Assembly (NCBI GenBank): GCA_947623665.1 | Contig: CANQHJ010000002.1 | Span: forward strand, 1-50,949 | Length of the DNA: 50,949 nucleotides | Reading direction: 5' to 3' | From: an uncultured Bacilli bacterium | GTDB lineage: Bacteria > Bacillota_I > Bacilli_A > RF39 > UBA660 | Shown here: piece by piece, positions 9,017-18,302 of the stretch | Layout: the number at the start of each line of letters is the position of its first letter | How positions within the stretch are numbered: the first letter of the stretch is position 1 | The notes under the pieces: model-generated | The model's database searches: none | What the model was told of the DNA's origin: nothing | What the model saw: only the letters and a program-made list of their open reading frames with translations | Program-made: the position numbers and the translations under genes

Positions 9017-9769
9017 TTAATAATTATATTTTTTTAATATTTCTTTTTTATTATCTTTAATTGCTGGGACTAATTCATTTAAAATAGATTCTTTTATTAA
9101 TGATACTTTTAAATCTTCTATTTTAAAACTTTCTCCAGATAGTTTTGGATTAGTAATATAAAAATCATATGATATAGGATTAAATTTTTGTTCTTGTACA
9201 GCTTTGTTAAATCCTATAATAGAAGAATTGACATCATCATATGTCCAATTGTTTATAATTAATTCTCCTTCTATTTCATATATATTTAATTGTTTATAAT
9301 TATTAGAATTAATTATATCTTCTTTTATACTAGGATTAAAGTCATCTAAGTCTTTATTTATTTTTATTTTTAGAGTTTCATACGATGGATTATGTTTTTT
9401 ATTTAAGTTTTGGAATTCTTTTGTTAGTTTTTTTTCTATTTTGTTTAAAAGACTTCTTCCTTTTTTATAATCTTTGTTATAAGTACTTGATATTTTTTTG
9501 TTTTTATAAGTTACTGTAAAGTATAAATCTTTATTTTCTTTATTAGTAATTTTTGTTTTAAAGCAACTACATTTAGTAATGTATTTTGTTTTTCCTAGTT
9601 CTATATCTTCATTTTTATAATTACTTTTTACATATGTAGTTATTTTCTTTTTAGCATCTGGTAGTTTTTTCATATTTATTTTTTCGTTCATAATTATAAT
9701 AGCAAAACTAAGTAAAAAGAAAATAAATAAAAATCCCATACTATAAGTTAATCTATCCTTTTCATTCAT
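9017..9769 (-). CDS. Membrane-anchored Lys-rich hypothetical protein
   Basis: The ORF track starts at 9859. The internal ATG at 9769 (MNEKDRLTYSMGFLFIFFLL...) places a single N-terminal TM sensibly. No family was recognised. Confidence 0.55.
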   Translation of the reverse strand: MNEKDRLTYSMGFLFIFFLLSFAIIIMNEKINMKKLPDAKKKITTYVKSNYKNEDIELGKTKYITKCSCFKTKITNKENKDLYFTVTYKNKKISSTYNKDYKKGRSLLNKIEKKLTKEFQNLNKKHNPSYETLKIKINKDLDDFNPSIKEDIINSNNYKQLNIYEIEGELIINNWTYDDVNSSIIGFNKAVQEQKFNPISYDFYITNPKLSGESFKIEDLKVSLIKESILNELVPAIKDNKKEILKKYNY

Positions 9770-9968
9770 ATAAATCACACTCAAATTTATTGTATCTAAA
9801 AAATCGTATAAAGGCAATAAAAAGGGAATCTTTTGATTCCCAGAACATGAATTCAGCAAATATTCACAATTTTATTATGTAAAATAAATTTGTTTTTTAT
9901 TCAAAATATCTTGTTTTGAATTTTATAATATGTTATCATTAATTTAGAATAATAGGTGGTGGCTAGAA

Positions 9969-11396
9969 ATGAATATACAAAGAGGTTTAGTAAAAGATTT
10001 AGGATATGAAGATACTGAATGTACTTATGTTACAGGAGTTGATGGTGTTCAATATTACTTTGTACAAGGAACAACTTTAACAGATGGGTTGTATGTTGCA
10101 ACTCCTAATGTAAAAGAAGCAGTTGGACATGAGTCATATTCTACACTTGGTGTAATTGATGAAAACACTAATGTAATAATTCCTTGTAATAATAAGCGTA
10201 TTGAATTAGTTGCAGATCGTTTTCTTTTGGTTGAAAAGAATGAAGTAGAAGGAATTGATGTTAAAGCATCTCTTGCTGTTAAGGATGATCCTACTCAAGC
10301 AAGTGCTTATAATAATGATTCATTAAATATTAAGCGTGCTATGGAAAATCAAATGGGATCTGAGGGAGTATTTATTTTTGATGATATGTTCTCTGAGGCT
10401 AATTTGTATGATTTTACTGGTAAGAAGATTTTAGGAGATGATTCTACTGGGTTTAGTTTTATTGGACAAGTAGGTAATGATTTATATTTACATACTATAA
10501 ATATTCATGATTCAATTAAAGTTATTAAAACGCCAGTTACTAATGAAGAAGAGCCAGCTGAACCTATTGCACCAGCACCTGATGTTATTGCACCTACAAC
10601 TTTACAAACTGATGTTTCTGAAGAAGAAAGTACATCATCACCTGTTGTAAGTGATAATTTTAATATTCCAACACCACAACCAGTTGTATCTGATGATTTG
10701 TCTGGAATGGGAAATAATAGTTTTGGTACTGATAATCTTGGAGTAAATGATAATGCTGATGTTTCTATTCCAACTGATGTTACACCAACTGCTGTTCCAA
10801 ATCCTGATATTAATCCAACACCAGTTGTACCTACTGAGCCTGTTGTAAGTGATACTTTACCAACTGAGGTTTCTCAAACTGAAGAGATTAGTGCTATTGA
10901 TAAGTATTTAGATCCTGAAGATGAAAAGGAAGATAGTGTTGCTAGTGTTCAAGAAGTACCTAGTATAGTTCCTACATCACATGAGAAGCCAGGTGTTAAA
11001 AATGCTGTTTATGATGAGGCAGTTGAGGCTATTAAAAATTTAGTTGATAAAAATAAAAGATTAGAAAATGATATAGAAAGTAAGGGGGTAAGGATTAAGG
11101 AATTGGAAATTGATAATAAAGATTTTGCTAAAACAATAAAAAATCAAAAGGAATTGATAGAAAAATTAGAAAATGAAAAACAAGAGCATTTACTTGAAAT
11201 TAAACAAAATAGAAAAAATATTGAAACTTTAGAGGCAGAAAAGAAGGAGTTTTTGAAAACTATAGAAAGTCAAAGAATAAGAATAGAAGAGCAAGAAAGT
11301 AAACTTAAAGCTCAAGATGAACAACTTACTCAACATGAATCTGGTAAAGAAGAGTTAGTAAGACTTTTAGAAAATGTTGGTGAAGTTTTAGATTAA
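9969..11396 (+). CDS. Hypothetical tripartite protein: globular N-domain (WG-repeat-like), Pro/Thr/Val-rich linker, C-terminal coiled coil
   Basis: 475 aa with no signal peptide. YSTLGVIDENTNVIIPCNNKRIELVADRFLLVEKN resembles a WG-containing repeat. The motif PVVSD occurs three times in the linker. Heptad-like KELIEKLENEK... occupies the last about 130 aa. Confidence 0.65.
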   Translation: MNIQRGLVKDLGYEDTECTYVTGVDGVQYYFVQGTTLTDGLYVATPNVKEAVGHESYSTLGVIDENTNVIIPCNNKRIELVADRFLLVEKNEVEGIDVKASLAVKDDPTQASAYNNDSLNIKRAMENQMGSEGVFIFDDMFSEANLYDFTGKKILGDDSTGFSFIGQVGNDLYLHTINIHDSIKVIKTPVTNEEEPAEPIAPAPDVIAPTTLQTDVSEEESTSSPVVSDNFNIPTPQPVVSDDLSGMGNNSFGTDNLGVNDNADVSIPTDVTPTAVPNPDINPTPVVPTEPVVSDTLPTEVSQTEEISAIDKYLDPEDEKEDSVASVQEVPSIVPTSHEKPGVKNAVYDEAVEAIKNLVDKNKRLENDIESKGVRIKELEIDNKDFAKTIKNQKELIEKLENEKQEHLLEIKQNRKNIETLEAEKKEFLKTIESQRIRIEEQESKLKAQDEQLTQHESGKEELVRLLENVGEVLD

Positions 11397-11400
11397 GTAT

Positions 11401-11430
11401 AAAACATCTCTTGAAGGAGATGTTTTCTTA
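11401..11430 (+). terminator. Rho-independent terminator
   Basis: AAAACATCTC (11401-11410), loop TTGAAG, GAGATGTTTT (11417-11426), then CTT. Confidence 0.65.
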
Positions 11431-11461
11431 ATATAAATAATATAGGAGGTGTTTTTCTATT

Positions 11462-11761
11462 ATGGATATGATTAGTTTTATAATTGAAAGCATAGATGGT
11501 TATAGTTATATATTAAAAAGTAATGCAAAAAAAATTAGAAGAGATATAAAATTTTATGATTTAGATAAAGAGTGTATGCCAGAGGTTGGAGATAAAATTT
11601 TAGTTAATCAGAATTTTATTTTGTTAGAAAGTGATGTAGTTATTAGATATGGAAATATGGATTCTCCTTATGGAAAGAGGATATCAAATATTAAAGATGA
11701 TGATTTATTGGTATTAATTAAAAATACGAAAAAATATTATTTGAAAAGAATTTATGGTTAG
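11462..11761 (+). CDS. Small protein A1 (99 aa), paralog of 14871-15158; unknown function
   Basis: RBS TAGGAGGTG. It shares with A2 the pattern I.ES.D.Y.Y.L.......I.F.DLD, VND/NQNF, YG..D..YG..I.....DLLVL and a C-terminal YLKR[IF]YG. Confidence 0.7.
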   Translation: MDMISFIIESIDGYSYILKSNAKKIRRDIKFYDLDKECMPEVGDKILVNQNFILLESDVVIRYGNMDSPYGKRISNIKDDDLLVLIKNTKKYYLKRIYG

Positions 11762-11770
11762 GTGATTTAA

Positions 11771-13498
11771 ATGAGAAAAGGAAAAAAAGATGATTATGGA
11801 ATTATAAAAAGTAAGTATGGTGAAAAAATGGCTCAATTATGTAGAACTTTATTTCCAGAAATATTAGATGTTGATGGATTACTTCCTAAGGTTCTTATGG
11901 ATACTTTTTATCCTAGTAGAGATGTATATAATGCTATTATGTATAACGATTTAAAAGAACAGTTTAAAGATTTAATATTTTTTAAATCTGGAATAGATGA
12001 GGTAGTTAAAAAAGAAGTTGCTACTGATAAAACTCCTTTTGAGCTTATGGAAGAAGAAGGTTATACTTTATATGAATGTCATACTTATGAGGATATTTTA
12101 GAATTTAAGAAGTATTATTCTTATGGAGAAATACTTTGTACTTTTGATGATCCACAAAGAATTGATGAGTGCCATGTGTTTTTTGCAGTTAAAAATAATG
12201 TTGATGAAATAAAAAGGGAGGATTTTATAAATCCACAAAGAGAAGATGAATATAGTCTTTCTGTTGTTTCTATTCAATTTAATAGAGAGAATTTTCGTGT
12301 ATCTATAAAGTCTAGATATAACCATACTGTTAAAAATCCAGATGCAACTTATGGTAATGATTTGGATAAACTTGCTAAAGGATTAAAATACTCTTTTGAG
12401 AAAGTATATGGTTTCAAAAGAAAAATAGATGTTAGTGAAGATGATTTTTGGGAAGATTATAACTTTGTAAAAGCTGATGATGGAAGATTTTACTTATTTA
12501 ATCATTTTGATTTTTTAAACGATATATATATTTGTCCAAATAATATGATAATTAAAAACGGTATCCCAAAACAGTTACCACCAGAAAAATTTACAATTAT
12601 AGATAGTCAGTATATACTTGATTTAAGAACAGGTCAAATGTGGAATTATGATGGAAAAAATGATAGTTTTTTGGATACTATTCAAAATGTAGAAAGTTAT
12701 AAGATGGAAAAAGTTGAAGGTGGTAAAAAAATTACATATACCGTTAAAGATGGTGAAGATATTGAGATAGTTATTAATAAAAATAATAATATTGTTAAAT
12801 ATAAAAATAATAATATTATTGAGATAGGGGATAGATTTTTGTTTTCTAATGAAGAGTTAGAAGAGTTAGAAATAAAAAATGTTATAAAAATAGGGGATGA
12901 TTTTTGTCATTACAATAATGGTTTAAAAGAACTAGAATTAGATAATGTTTTACAAATAGGTGATTATGCATTAACTAGCAATACTGTTATGGAGAAGTTT
13001 AAAGCTGATAAATTAATAAAAGTTGGAGATGACTTTCTATGTAAAGATTTTGCTTTGCGCTTTTTGAATCTTCCTAATTTAGAAAAGCTTTCGGAAGGTT
13101 GTTTTTATCAATGTGAAAATTTAGAAGTATTATATGCTTTTAAATTAAAGAAGATAGAAAAAGAGTGTTTAACATATGCTAGTAAACTAAAAAAACTTTA
13201 TGTACCTAATTTAGAAGAAATAGGTAATGATGTTCTTACATATAATGATGAACTTTCTACTTTTTTTGCTCCAAGGTTATGTAATATTGGGGAAGATGTA
13301 CTTTATTGTAATACTACATTAGAATTTGCTGATTTTTCAAGTTTATTATACTGTGAAGATGGCTTTTTAAATAATCATCCAAATATAAGTAAATTTTCTT
13401 TTCCTAATTTAATAATGTGTAGTTTTTTATTTAGGTATTTATCTGAAAAATCTATTTCTATATTTAATAGGAATGATAAAGGTGATAGAAAAATGTAG
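11771..13498 (+). CDS. Large protein L1 (575 aa): conserved unknown N-domain + BspA-type leucine-rich repeats
   Basis: No signal peptide. The N-terminal about 340 aa are paralogous to L2 (YGE.MA..CR, FYPSR, LCTF.D, IKREDF, REDEYS, KNP.A....LD). The C-terminal part holds about 8 LRR_5-like units (IGD.F.....L..L.L.N...IG...). The RBS TAGGTGA overlaps the A1 stop. Confidence 0.75.
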   Translation: MRKGKKDDYGIIKSKYGEKMAQLCRTLFPEILDVDGLLPKVLMDTFYPSRDVYNAIMYNDLKEQFKDLIFFKSGIDEVVKKEVATDKTPFELMEEEGYTLYECHTYEDILEFKKYYSYGEILCTFDDPQRIDECHVFFAVKNNVDEIKREDFINPQREDEYSLSVVSIQFNRENFRVSIKSRYNHTVKNPDATYGNDLDKLAKGLKYSFEKVYGFKRKIDVSEDDFWEDYNFVKADDGRFYLFNHFDFLNDIYICPNNMIIKNGIPKQLPPEKFTIIDSQYILDLRTGQMWNYDGKNDSFLDTIQNVESYKMEKVEGGKKITYTVKDGEDIEIVINKNNNIVKYKNNNIIEIGDRFLFSNEELEELEIKNVIKIGDDFCHYNNGLKELELDNVLQIGDYALTSNTVMEKFKADKLIKVGDDFLCKDFALRFLNLPNLEKLSEGCFYQCENLEVLYAFKLKKIEKECLTYASKLKKLYVPNLEEIGNDVLTYNDELSTFFAPRLCNIGEDVLYCNTTLEFADFSSLLYCEDGFLNNHPNISKFSFPNLIMCSFLFRYLSEKSISIFNRNDKGDRKM

Positions 13499-13533
13499 AT
13501 TTAAATTATTCTTTTTAGAAAGGTATGATATGT

Positions 13534-14874
13534 ATGACTAATGAATTAAAAAAGATAAAAAGAAAATATGGTGAAGATATGGCTAAGTTTTGTCGTGCTT
13601 TTCTTGCTCCTATTTTAGAACATGAGGGTCTACTTTATGAGATACTTATGGATAACTTTTATCCTAGTAGAGAATTATATAAAGATATTAAAGATAATAA
13701 TTTATGTGGAGAATTTATTAGTTATATTCATGGGCTTGCTGATATTGAACAAGAAAGAATAATTACTGATAAAACTGTTGAAGATCTTACAAAAGATGCA
13801 GGATATTCTGTGTTTAATCCTAAAACGATAGAGGAATTACAATCAATGAAAAAGTATTATGCAGAAGAAGAGGAACTTTGTACATTTAAAGATTCTAAAA
13901 GAATAGAAAACTCTATTATTTTCTTTTTTATAAAAGACGATATAGATTCTATTAAAAGAGAAGATTTTCCTAAAGCAACAAGAGAAGATGAATATTCTTC
14001 ATCTTTAGTTTGTGTTCAATATGATATAGATACAAAAGAACTTAAACTAATTGTTACTAGACGTAATCATGGCTCTAAAAAAGATATTGAAAATGGTGGA
14101 GAAATTAAAAATCCTAATGCTGCATTTGATTGTAATTTAGATAATTTTATTCCTGGACTTACTTGTGCTATGGAAAAAGATTATGGTTTAAGGCCAAAAA
14201 AACCTAGTGATTTTTTTGAAATACCTGGTTATATAGTAGCTCATGATGGTAAATTTTATAAATATAATTATAGTATGGATTCTTTATATTTTTGTAGTGA
14301 TAATGTAATTATAGATCATGGAGAAGTAAGGAAAATGCCATCAGAGAAATTTATTGTTATGGATTATTATCTTTTTGATTTAAGAAGTGGTAATGTATGG
14401 CTTTTATATGATAAAAGTGGAATAAAAGATTGTTTTCCTGATACTATAAAAGATATTGAAGATATAAAGATTTCTAATGATGGTAAGCAGGGGAAGACTA
14501 TAGAACTTAAAACAAGAAACAAAAAAGATATAGAGATTATACTTGATAGTAGAAATAGAATTATTTCTTATAAAAATGATGATATTGATGAAGTAGGAGA
14601 TAACTTTATGTTTTTTAATAATAATTTAGAGTCAATTGAATTATCTAATGTTAGAAAGATTGGGGATAATTGTTTGGATTTAAATGAGGTTGCTAAGAGA
14701 GTTGTTGTTCCTAAAATAGATAGTATAGGAGATAATTTTTTAATTACTAATACTGCTTTAAGAGATATTTATCTTCCAGAAGATGTATCTTTAGGTAAAA
14801 ATTGTTTTTTTTGGAATGATTTCTTGAATATTCATAATATGAGAGATGAAGAAAGAGGTAGTATAAAAAGATGA
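13534..14874 (+). CDS. Large protein L2 (about 446 aa): paralog of L1 with a shorter LRR region
   Basis: Same N-domain motifs as L1 but only about 4 LRR units. ATG 13534 is better spaced from GAAAGG than the track start at 13525. The stop TGA overlaps the A2 ATG (ATGA). Confidence 0.75.
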   Translation: MTNELKKIKRKYGEDMAKFCRAFLAPILEHEGLLYEILMDNFYPSRELYKDIKDNNLCGEFISYIHGLADIEQERIITDKTVEDLTKDAGYSVFNPKTIEELQSMKKYYAEEEELCTFKDSKRIENSIIFFFIKDDIDSIKREDFPKATREDEYSSSLVCVQYDIDTKELKLIVTRRNHGSKKDIENGGEIKNPNAAFDCNLDNFIPGLTCAMEKDYGLRPKKPSDFFEIPGYIVAHDGKFYKYNYSMDSLYFCSDNVIIDHGEVRKMPSEKFIVMDYYLFDLRSGNVWLLYDKSGIKDCFPDTIKDIEDIKISNDGKQGKTIELKTRNKKDIEIILDSRNRIISYKNDDIDEVGDNFMFFNNNLESIELSNVRKIGDNCLDLNEVAKRVVVPKIDSIGDNFLITNTALRDIYLPEDVSLGKNCFFWNDFLNIHNMRDEERGSIKR

Positions 14875-15158
14875 TAAAATTAATTGTAGATAGTGTTGAT
14901 AGATATCATTATGTTTTAAGAGATAAAGATAATAATAAATATAAGTTTGATATAGAATTTCATGATTTGGATAAAGACCCTGAAGTAGAAGATGTTTTCT
15001 TTGTAAATGATAATTTTTTAAGACTTAGGAATACTTTTCTTAGTTATGGTAGTATAGATGAGAGGTATGGTAGGAAAATTAAGAGTTCGAAAGATGAGGA
15101 TTTATTAGTGTTGTTTCATGATGGAGAAAATATTTATTTAAAAAGATTTTATGGATAA
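14871..15158 (+). CDS. Small protein A2 (95 aa), paralog of A1
   Basis: Translationally coupled to L2 by a 4-nt ATGA overlap. It shares the A1 motifs and the C-terminal YLKRFYG. Confidence 0.7.
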   Translation: MIKLIVDSVDRYHYVLRDKDNNKYKFDIEFHDLDKDPEVEDVFFVNDNFLRLRNTFLSYGSIDERYGRKIKSSKDEDLLVLFHDGENIYLKRFYG

Positions 15159-15180
15159 ATACCTTTTGGTATTTTTTCTT
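15157..15180 (+). terminator. Weak Rho-independent terminator after A2
   Basis: AAATACC / GGTATTT short AT-rich stem with loop TTTT, followed by TTTCTTTT. Confidence 0.4.
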
Positions 15181-15250
15181 TTAAAAAAAGATATTTTGTG
15201 TTATTATATGAGGAAATTGTAAAAGAAATAGAAAATTTTTTCTTGATTTG

Positions 15251-15259
15251 TGGTATACT
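15251..15259 (+). promoter_or_regulatory. Extended -10 TGGTATACT for the suf operon
   Basis: TGnTATAcT lies 26 nt upstream of the sufC ATG at 15285. No good -35 was seen. Confidence 0.4.
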
Positions 15260-15284
15260 ATAAATGTTTGAGAGGGTTGATAAT

Positions 15285-16049
15285 ATGCTTGTAATTAAAG
15301 ATTTAAAAGTTAAGGTATCTGATACTGATAAAGTAATACTTGATAATTTTAATTTATCTATTAATGAAGGTGAAGTACATGTTATTATGGGTCCTAATGG
15401 GACAGGTAAGAGTACTTTAGCAAAAACTATACTTGGACATTATAAGTTTGAAGTAGAATGTGGAGATATAGAGTTTTATGGAAAGAAACTTAATAGTCTT
15501 AGTACTGATGAGAGAGCTAAGTTAGGTATTTTTCTTGCTATGCAGGATCCTACTGAAATAGAGGGTGTTAGTAATAGTGAATTTTTACGTACTGCTTTAG
15601 GAGAGGTTAGTGGTAGTAAAGTAAATTTATATGAATTTATTACTGCTATTGAGAAGGCATATGATGATGTTTCTTTAAATAAAGATATGTTACATCGTTT
15701 TGTTAATAAAGGTTTTAGTGGTGGAGAAAAGAAGAAGAATGAAGTATTACAACTTAAGATGTTAAAACCTAAACTTATAATACTTGATGAGTTAGATTCA
15801 GGACTTGATGTTGATAGTTTAAAGATAGTTTGTAAAAATATTAATGATTATTTAAAAGAAAATAAAAAAGCATCTGTTCTTATTATTACTCATTATCCTA
15901 GAATTCTAGATTATTTAAAACCTGACTATGTTCATATTATGAAAAATGGTAATATAAAACAAACTGGGGATTTAAGTTTAGCAAGTTTTGTTGAAAAAAA
16001 TGGATATGATGGTATAAACGCTGTGGAAGAGCGTGATTTAAATGAATAG
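15285..16049 (+). CDS. sufC: Fe-S cluster assembly ATPase SufC
   Basis: Walker A GPNGTGKST, signature FSGGEKKK, Walker B LIILDELDSGLD. ATG 15285 is preceded by GAGAGGG; the track start at 15264 lies upstream of the RBS. Confidence 0.9.
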   Translation: MLVIKDLKVKVSDTDKVILDNFNLSINEGEVHVIMGPNGTGKSTLAKTILGHYKFEVECGDIEFYGKKLNSLSTDERAKLGIFLAMQDPTEIEGVSNSEFLRTALGEVSGSKVNLYEFITAIEKAYDDVSLNKDMLHRFVNKGFSGGEKKKNEVLQLKMLKPKLIILDELDSGLDVDSLKIVCKNINDYLKENKKASVLIITHYPRILDYLKPDYVHIMKNGNIKQTGDLSLASFVEKNGYDGINAVEERDLNE

Positions 16050-16647
16050 AATAACAGTAGGAAAGAATTTTAGTGAGGAAGTTTATTTAGATAGTAAGGA
16101 TAGTAAATATTATATTGAAGTAGAAGAGAATGCAAGTCTAAAAGTATATCATTATGCTGTTGATAAAAGTTTTGAGGTTGAAATACATTTAAAAGGAGAA
16201 AATGCTAGTGTTGAGTATTTTTATAGTACATTAAATAGAAAAGATAATTATTTTAGGATAAAAGTTTTTCATGATGTTTCTAATACTAAAAGTAATTTAG
16301 TTAATCATGGAGTAAATATTTTAGATAAAAAATTAAATTTTGTTGTGGATGGTATTATACCTAAAGATGTAGTAGGATGTGTTTGTAGTCAAGATAATAA
16401 GATTATGAATTTATGTGAAGGTAAGAGTTCTATCGCACCTAATCTTTTAATTGATAGTCATGATAATATTGCTAATCATTCTGCTTATATTGGAAACTTT
16501 AAAGAAGATGTTTTATTTTATTTAAAGAGTAGAGGTATTTCACAGAAGATTGCTACAAAAATGCTTACTTTAGGATTTTTAGTACATGATTTAGAAAATG
16601 AAGAAGAGATAAAAGACTTTCTAAAATATATAGATGAATTAAGTTAG
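16042..16647 (+). CDS. sufD: SufD-like Fe-S assembly protein, short form (201 aa)
   Basis: It sits between sufC and sufS and overlaps the sufC stop by 8 nt. The C-terminal part resembles the SufB/SufD core (LFYLKSRGIS...A..ML..GF). It is about half the usual SufD length. Confidence 0.7.
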   Translation: MNRITVGKNFSEEVYLDSKDSKYYIEVEENASLKVYHYAVDKSFEVEIHLKGENASVEYFYSTLNRKDNYFRIKVFHDVSNTKSNLVNHGVNILDKKLNFVVDGIIPKDVVGCVCSQDNKIMNLCEGKSSIAPNLLIDSHDNIANHSAYIGNFKEDVLFYLKSRGISQKIATKMLTLGFLVHDLENEEEIKDFLKYIDELS

Positions 16648-16658
16648 GAGGTGTATTT

Positions 16659-17855
16659 ATGAATAGAGAAGACTTTCCAGTGTTAAAAAAAGATATTGTA
16701 TATTTTGATAATGGTGCTACTACATTAAAACCAAAATGTGTTATTTCAAAAATGGATGATTATTATTTGAATCATACTTCTAATATACATCGTGGTGAAT
16801 ATGATTTTTCTATTATTACAAATAGGCTTTATGATGAGGTTAGAGGTTTAGTTAAACACTTTATTAATGCAGAAAGTGAAAAAGAAATTGTTTATACTAG
16901 TGGTACTACTGAGAGTATGAATATGATTGTTTTTGGTTTTATGATGCAACATTTGAAAAAGGGAGATGTTGTTTTAACTGATAGAGCTGAACATGCCTCT
17001 AGTGTTTTACCTTGGCTTGTTTTACAAAAAAGAATAGGTATTGAAGTTAGATATGTAGATTTAGAAGATGATTATTCTCTTAGTGTAGAAAAATTAAAAA
17101 AACAAATAGATGATAAAGTAAAAGTTATCTCTATTGCACACATTAGTAATGTTGTTGGAGATATTAGAGATACTTATAGTATTGGGAAGATTTGTAAGAG
17201 TAAGGGAATTTATTTTGTAGTGGATGCTGCTCAAGCTGCTTCTCATATTCCTATTGATGTTTTAAAAGATAATATTTCTTTTATGGGATTTTCAGGACAT
17301 AAGATGGCTGGTCCAACAGGAGTTGGAATACTTTATGGTAAATATGATTTATTAGAAGAGATGGAACCTTTAAAATATGGTGGAGGAATGAATCAAGAGT
17401 TTGAGTCAAGTGGGGATTTTGAATTGAAAGAAGTTCCTATTAAGTTTGAAGCAGGAACACCACCAATTGCTGAGGTTATTGGACTGGGTGAGGCTATTAG
17501 GTATATAGAGTCTATTGGAGTTGTTAATATTCATAAGCATGAAGTGGAACTTAAGAGATATTTAGTAAGTAAATTAAAAAATATACCTAATATAATTTTA
17601 TATAATGAAAATAGTGAAAGTGGTATTTTAGCATTTAATATAGATGGAGTTTTTGCTCAAGATACAGCAATATTTTTAAATCATTATAATATTTATGTTA
17701 GAGCAGGAAATCATTGTACTAAGATGTTAAAAGAAGAGATGAATATTAGAAATACTTGTCGTATAAGTATGTATTTATATAATAATAAAGAAGATGTTGA
17801 TAGACTTGTTGATGCTTTATTAAAAAGTGAAGATATATTTAAAGTGGTGATATAG
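16659..17855 (+). CDS. sufS: Cysteine desulfurase SufS (class V aminotransferase)
   Basis: PLP-lysine motif FSGHKM and catalytic Cys in RAGNHCT. 398 aa. Confidence 0.9.
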   Translation: MNREDFPVLKKDIVYFDNGATTLKPKCVISKMDDYYLNHTSNIHRGEYDFSIITNRLYDEVRGLVKHFINAESEKEIVYTSGTTESMNMIVFGFMMQHLKKGDVVLTDRAEHASSVLPWLVLQKRIGIEVRYVDLEDDYSLSVEKLKKQIDDKVKVISIAHISNVVGDIRDTYSIGKICKSKGIYFVVDAAQAASHIPIDVLKDNISFMGFSGHKMAGPTGVGILYGKYDLLEEMEPLKYGGGMNQEFESSGDFELKEVPIKFEAGTPPIAEVIGLGEAIRYIESIGVVNIHKHEVELKRYLVSKLKNIPNIILYNENSESGILAFNIDGVFAQDTAIFLNHYNIYVRAGNHCTKMLKEEMNIRNTCRISMYLYNNKEDVDRLVDALLKSEDIFKVVI

Positions 17856-18284
17856 ATGGATAGTAATTTAAGACGTGAGATTATACTTGAGAATTATCAA
17901 AATCCTGTGAATAGAGGACTTGTTGATGATGATAGTTATATTTTAAAGAATACTAATAATGATAGTTGTATTGATAATATAGATATTATGGTTAAAGTTG
18001 AAGACGGAATACTTAAAGATATTCGTTTTGATGGAGAAGCGTGTGCTATATCTACAAGTGCAACTTCTGTTATGATTAATAGACTTCTTGGTAAGAGTGT
18101 AGAAGAGGCAAAAGAGGTTTTGAAAAACTATCAAAATATGATTAATGAAGCAGAATATGATAAAGAGTTACTTGGAGAGTTAAATGTTTATGATGAGGTT
18201 AGTCGTCAACCAAATAGAAAAATGTGTGCACTACTTCCTAGTAATGCTATTAGTAGTATTTTAAAAATGTTAGAAGAAAAATAA
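17856..18284 (+). CDS. sufU: Sulfur-transfer / scaffold protein SufU
   Basis: 142 aa with conserved Cys positions (NDSCID, GEACAIS, MCALLP) typical of SufU/IscU-like proteins. The ATG directly abuts the sufS stop. Confidence 0.85.
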   Translation: MDSNLRREIILENYQNPVNRGLVDDDSYILKNTNNDSCIDNIDIMVKVEDGILKDIRFDGEACAISTSATSVMINRLLGKSVEEAKEVLKNYQNMINEAEYDKELLGELNVYDEVSRQPNRKMCALLPSNAISSILKMLEEK

Positions 18285-18302
18285 CGACAGGAGTGATGAT
18301 AG

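Noticed and set aside
12098-12325. 75-aa minus-strand ORF inside L1
   Set aside because: It is antisense to a CDS supported by paralogy with L2. The AT-rich genome gives long stop-free antisense frames by chance.
14800-14815. T8 run inside the 3' part of L2 as a second slippage site explaining its shorter LRR region
   Set aside because: A/T homopolymers of this length are common throughout this AT-rich sequence. The L2 frame stays open through the run and ends in a coupled ATGA junction with A2, which argues for an intact gene.
17943-18134. 63-aa minus-strand ORF inside sufU
   Set aside because: It is a shadow ORF antisense to a conserved gene.
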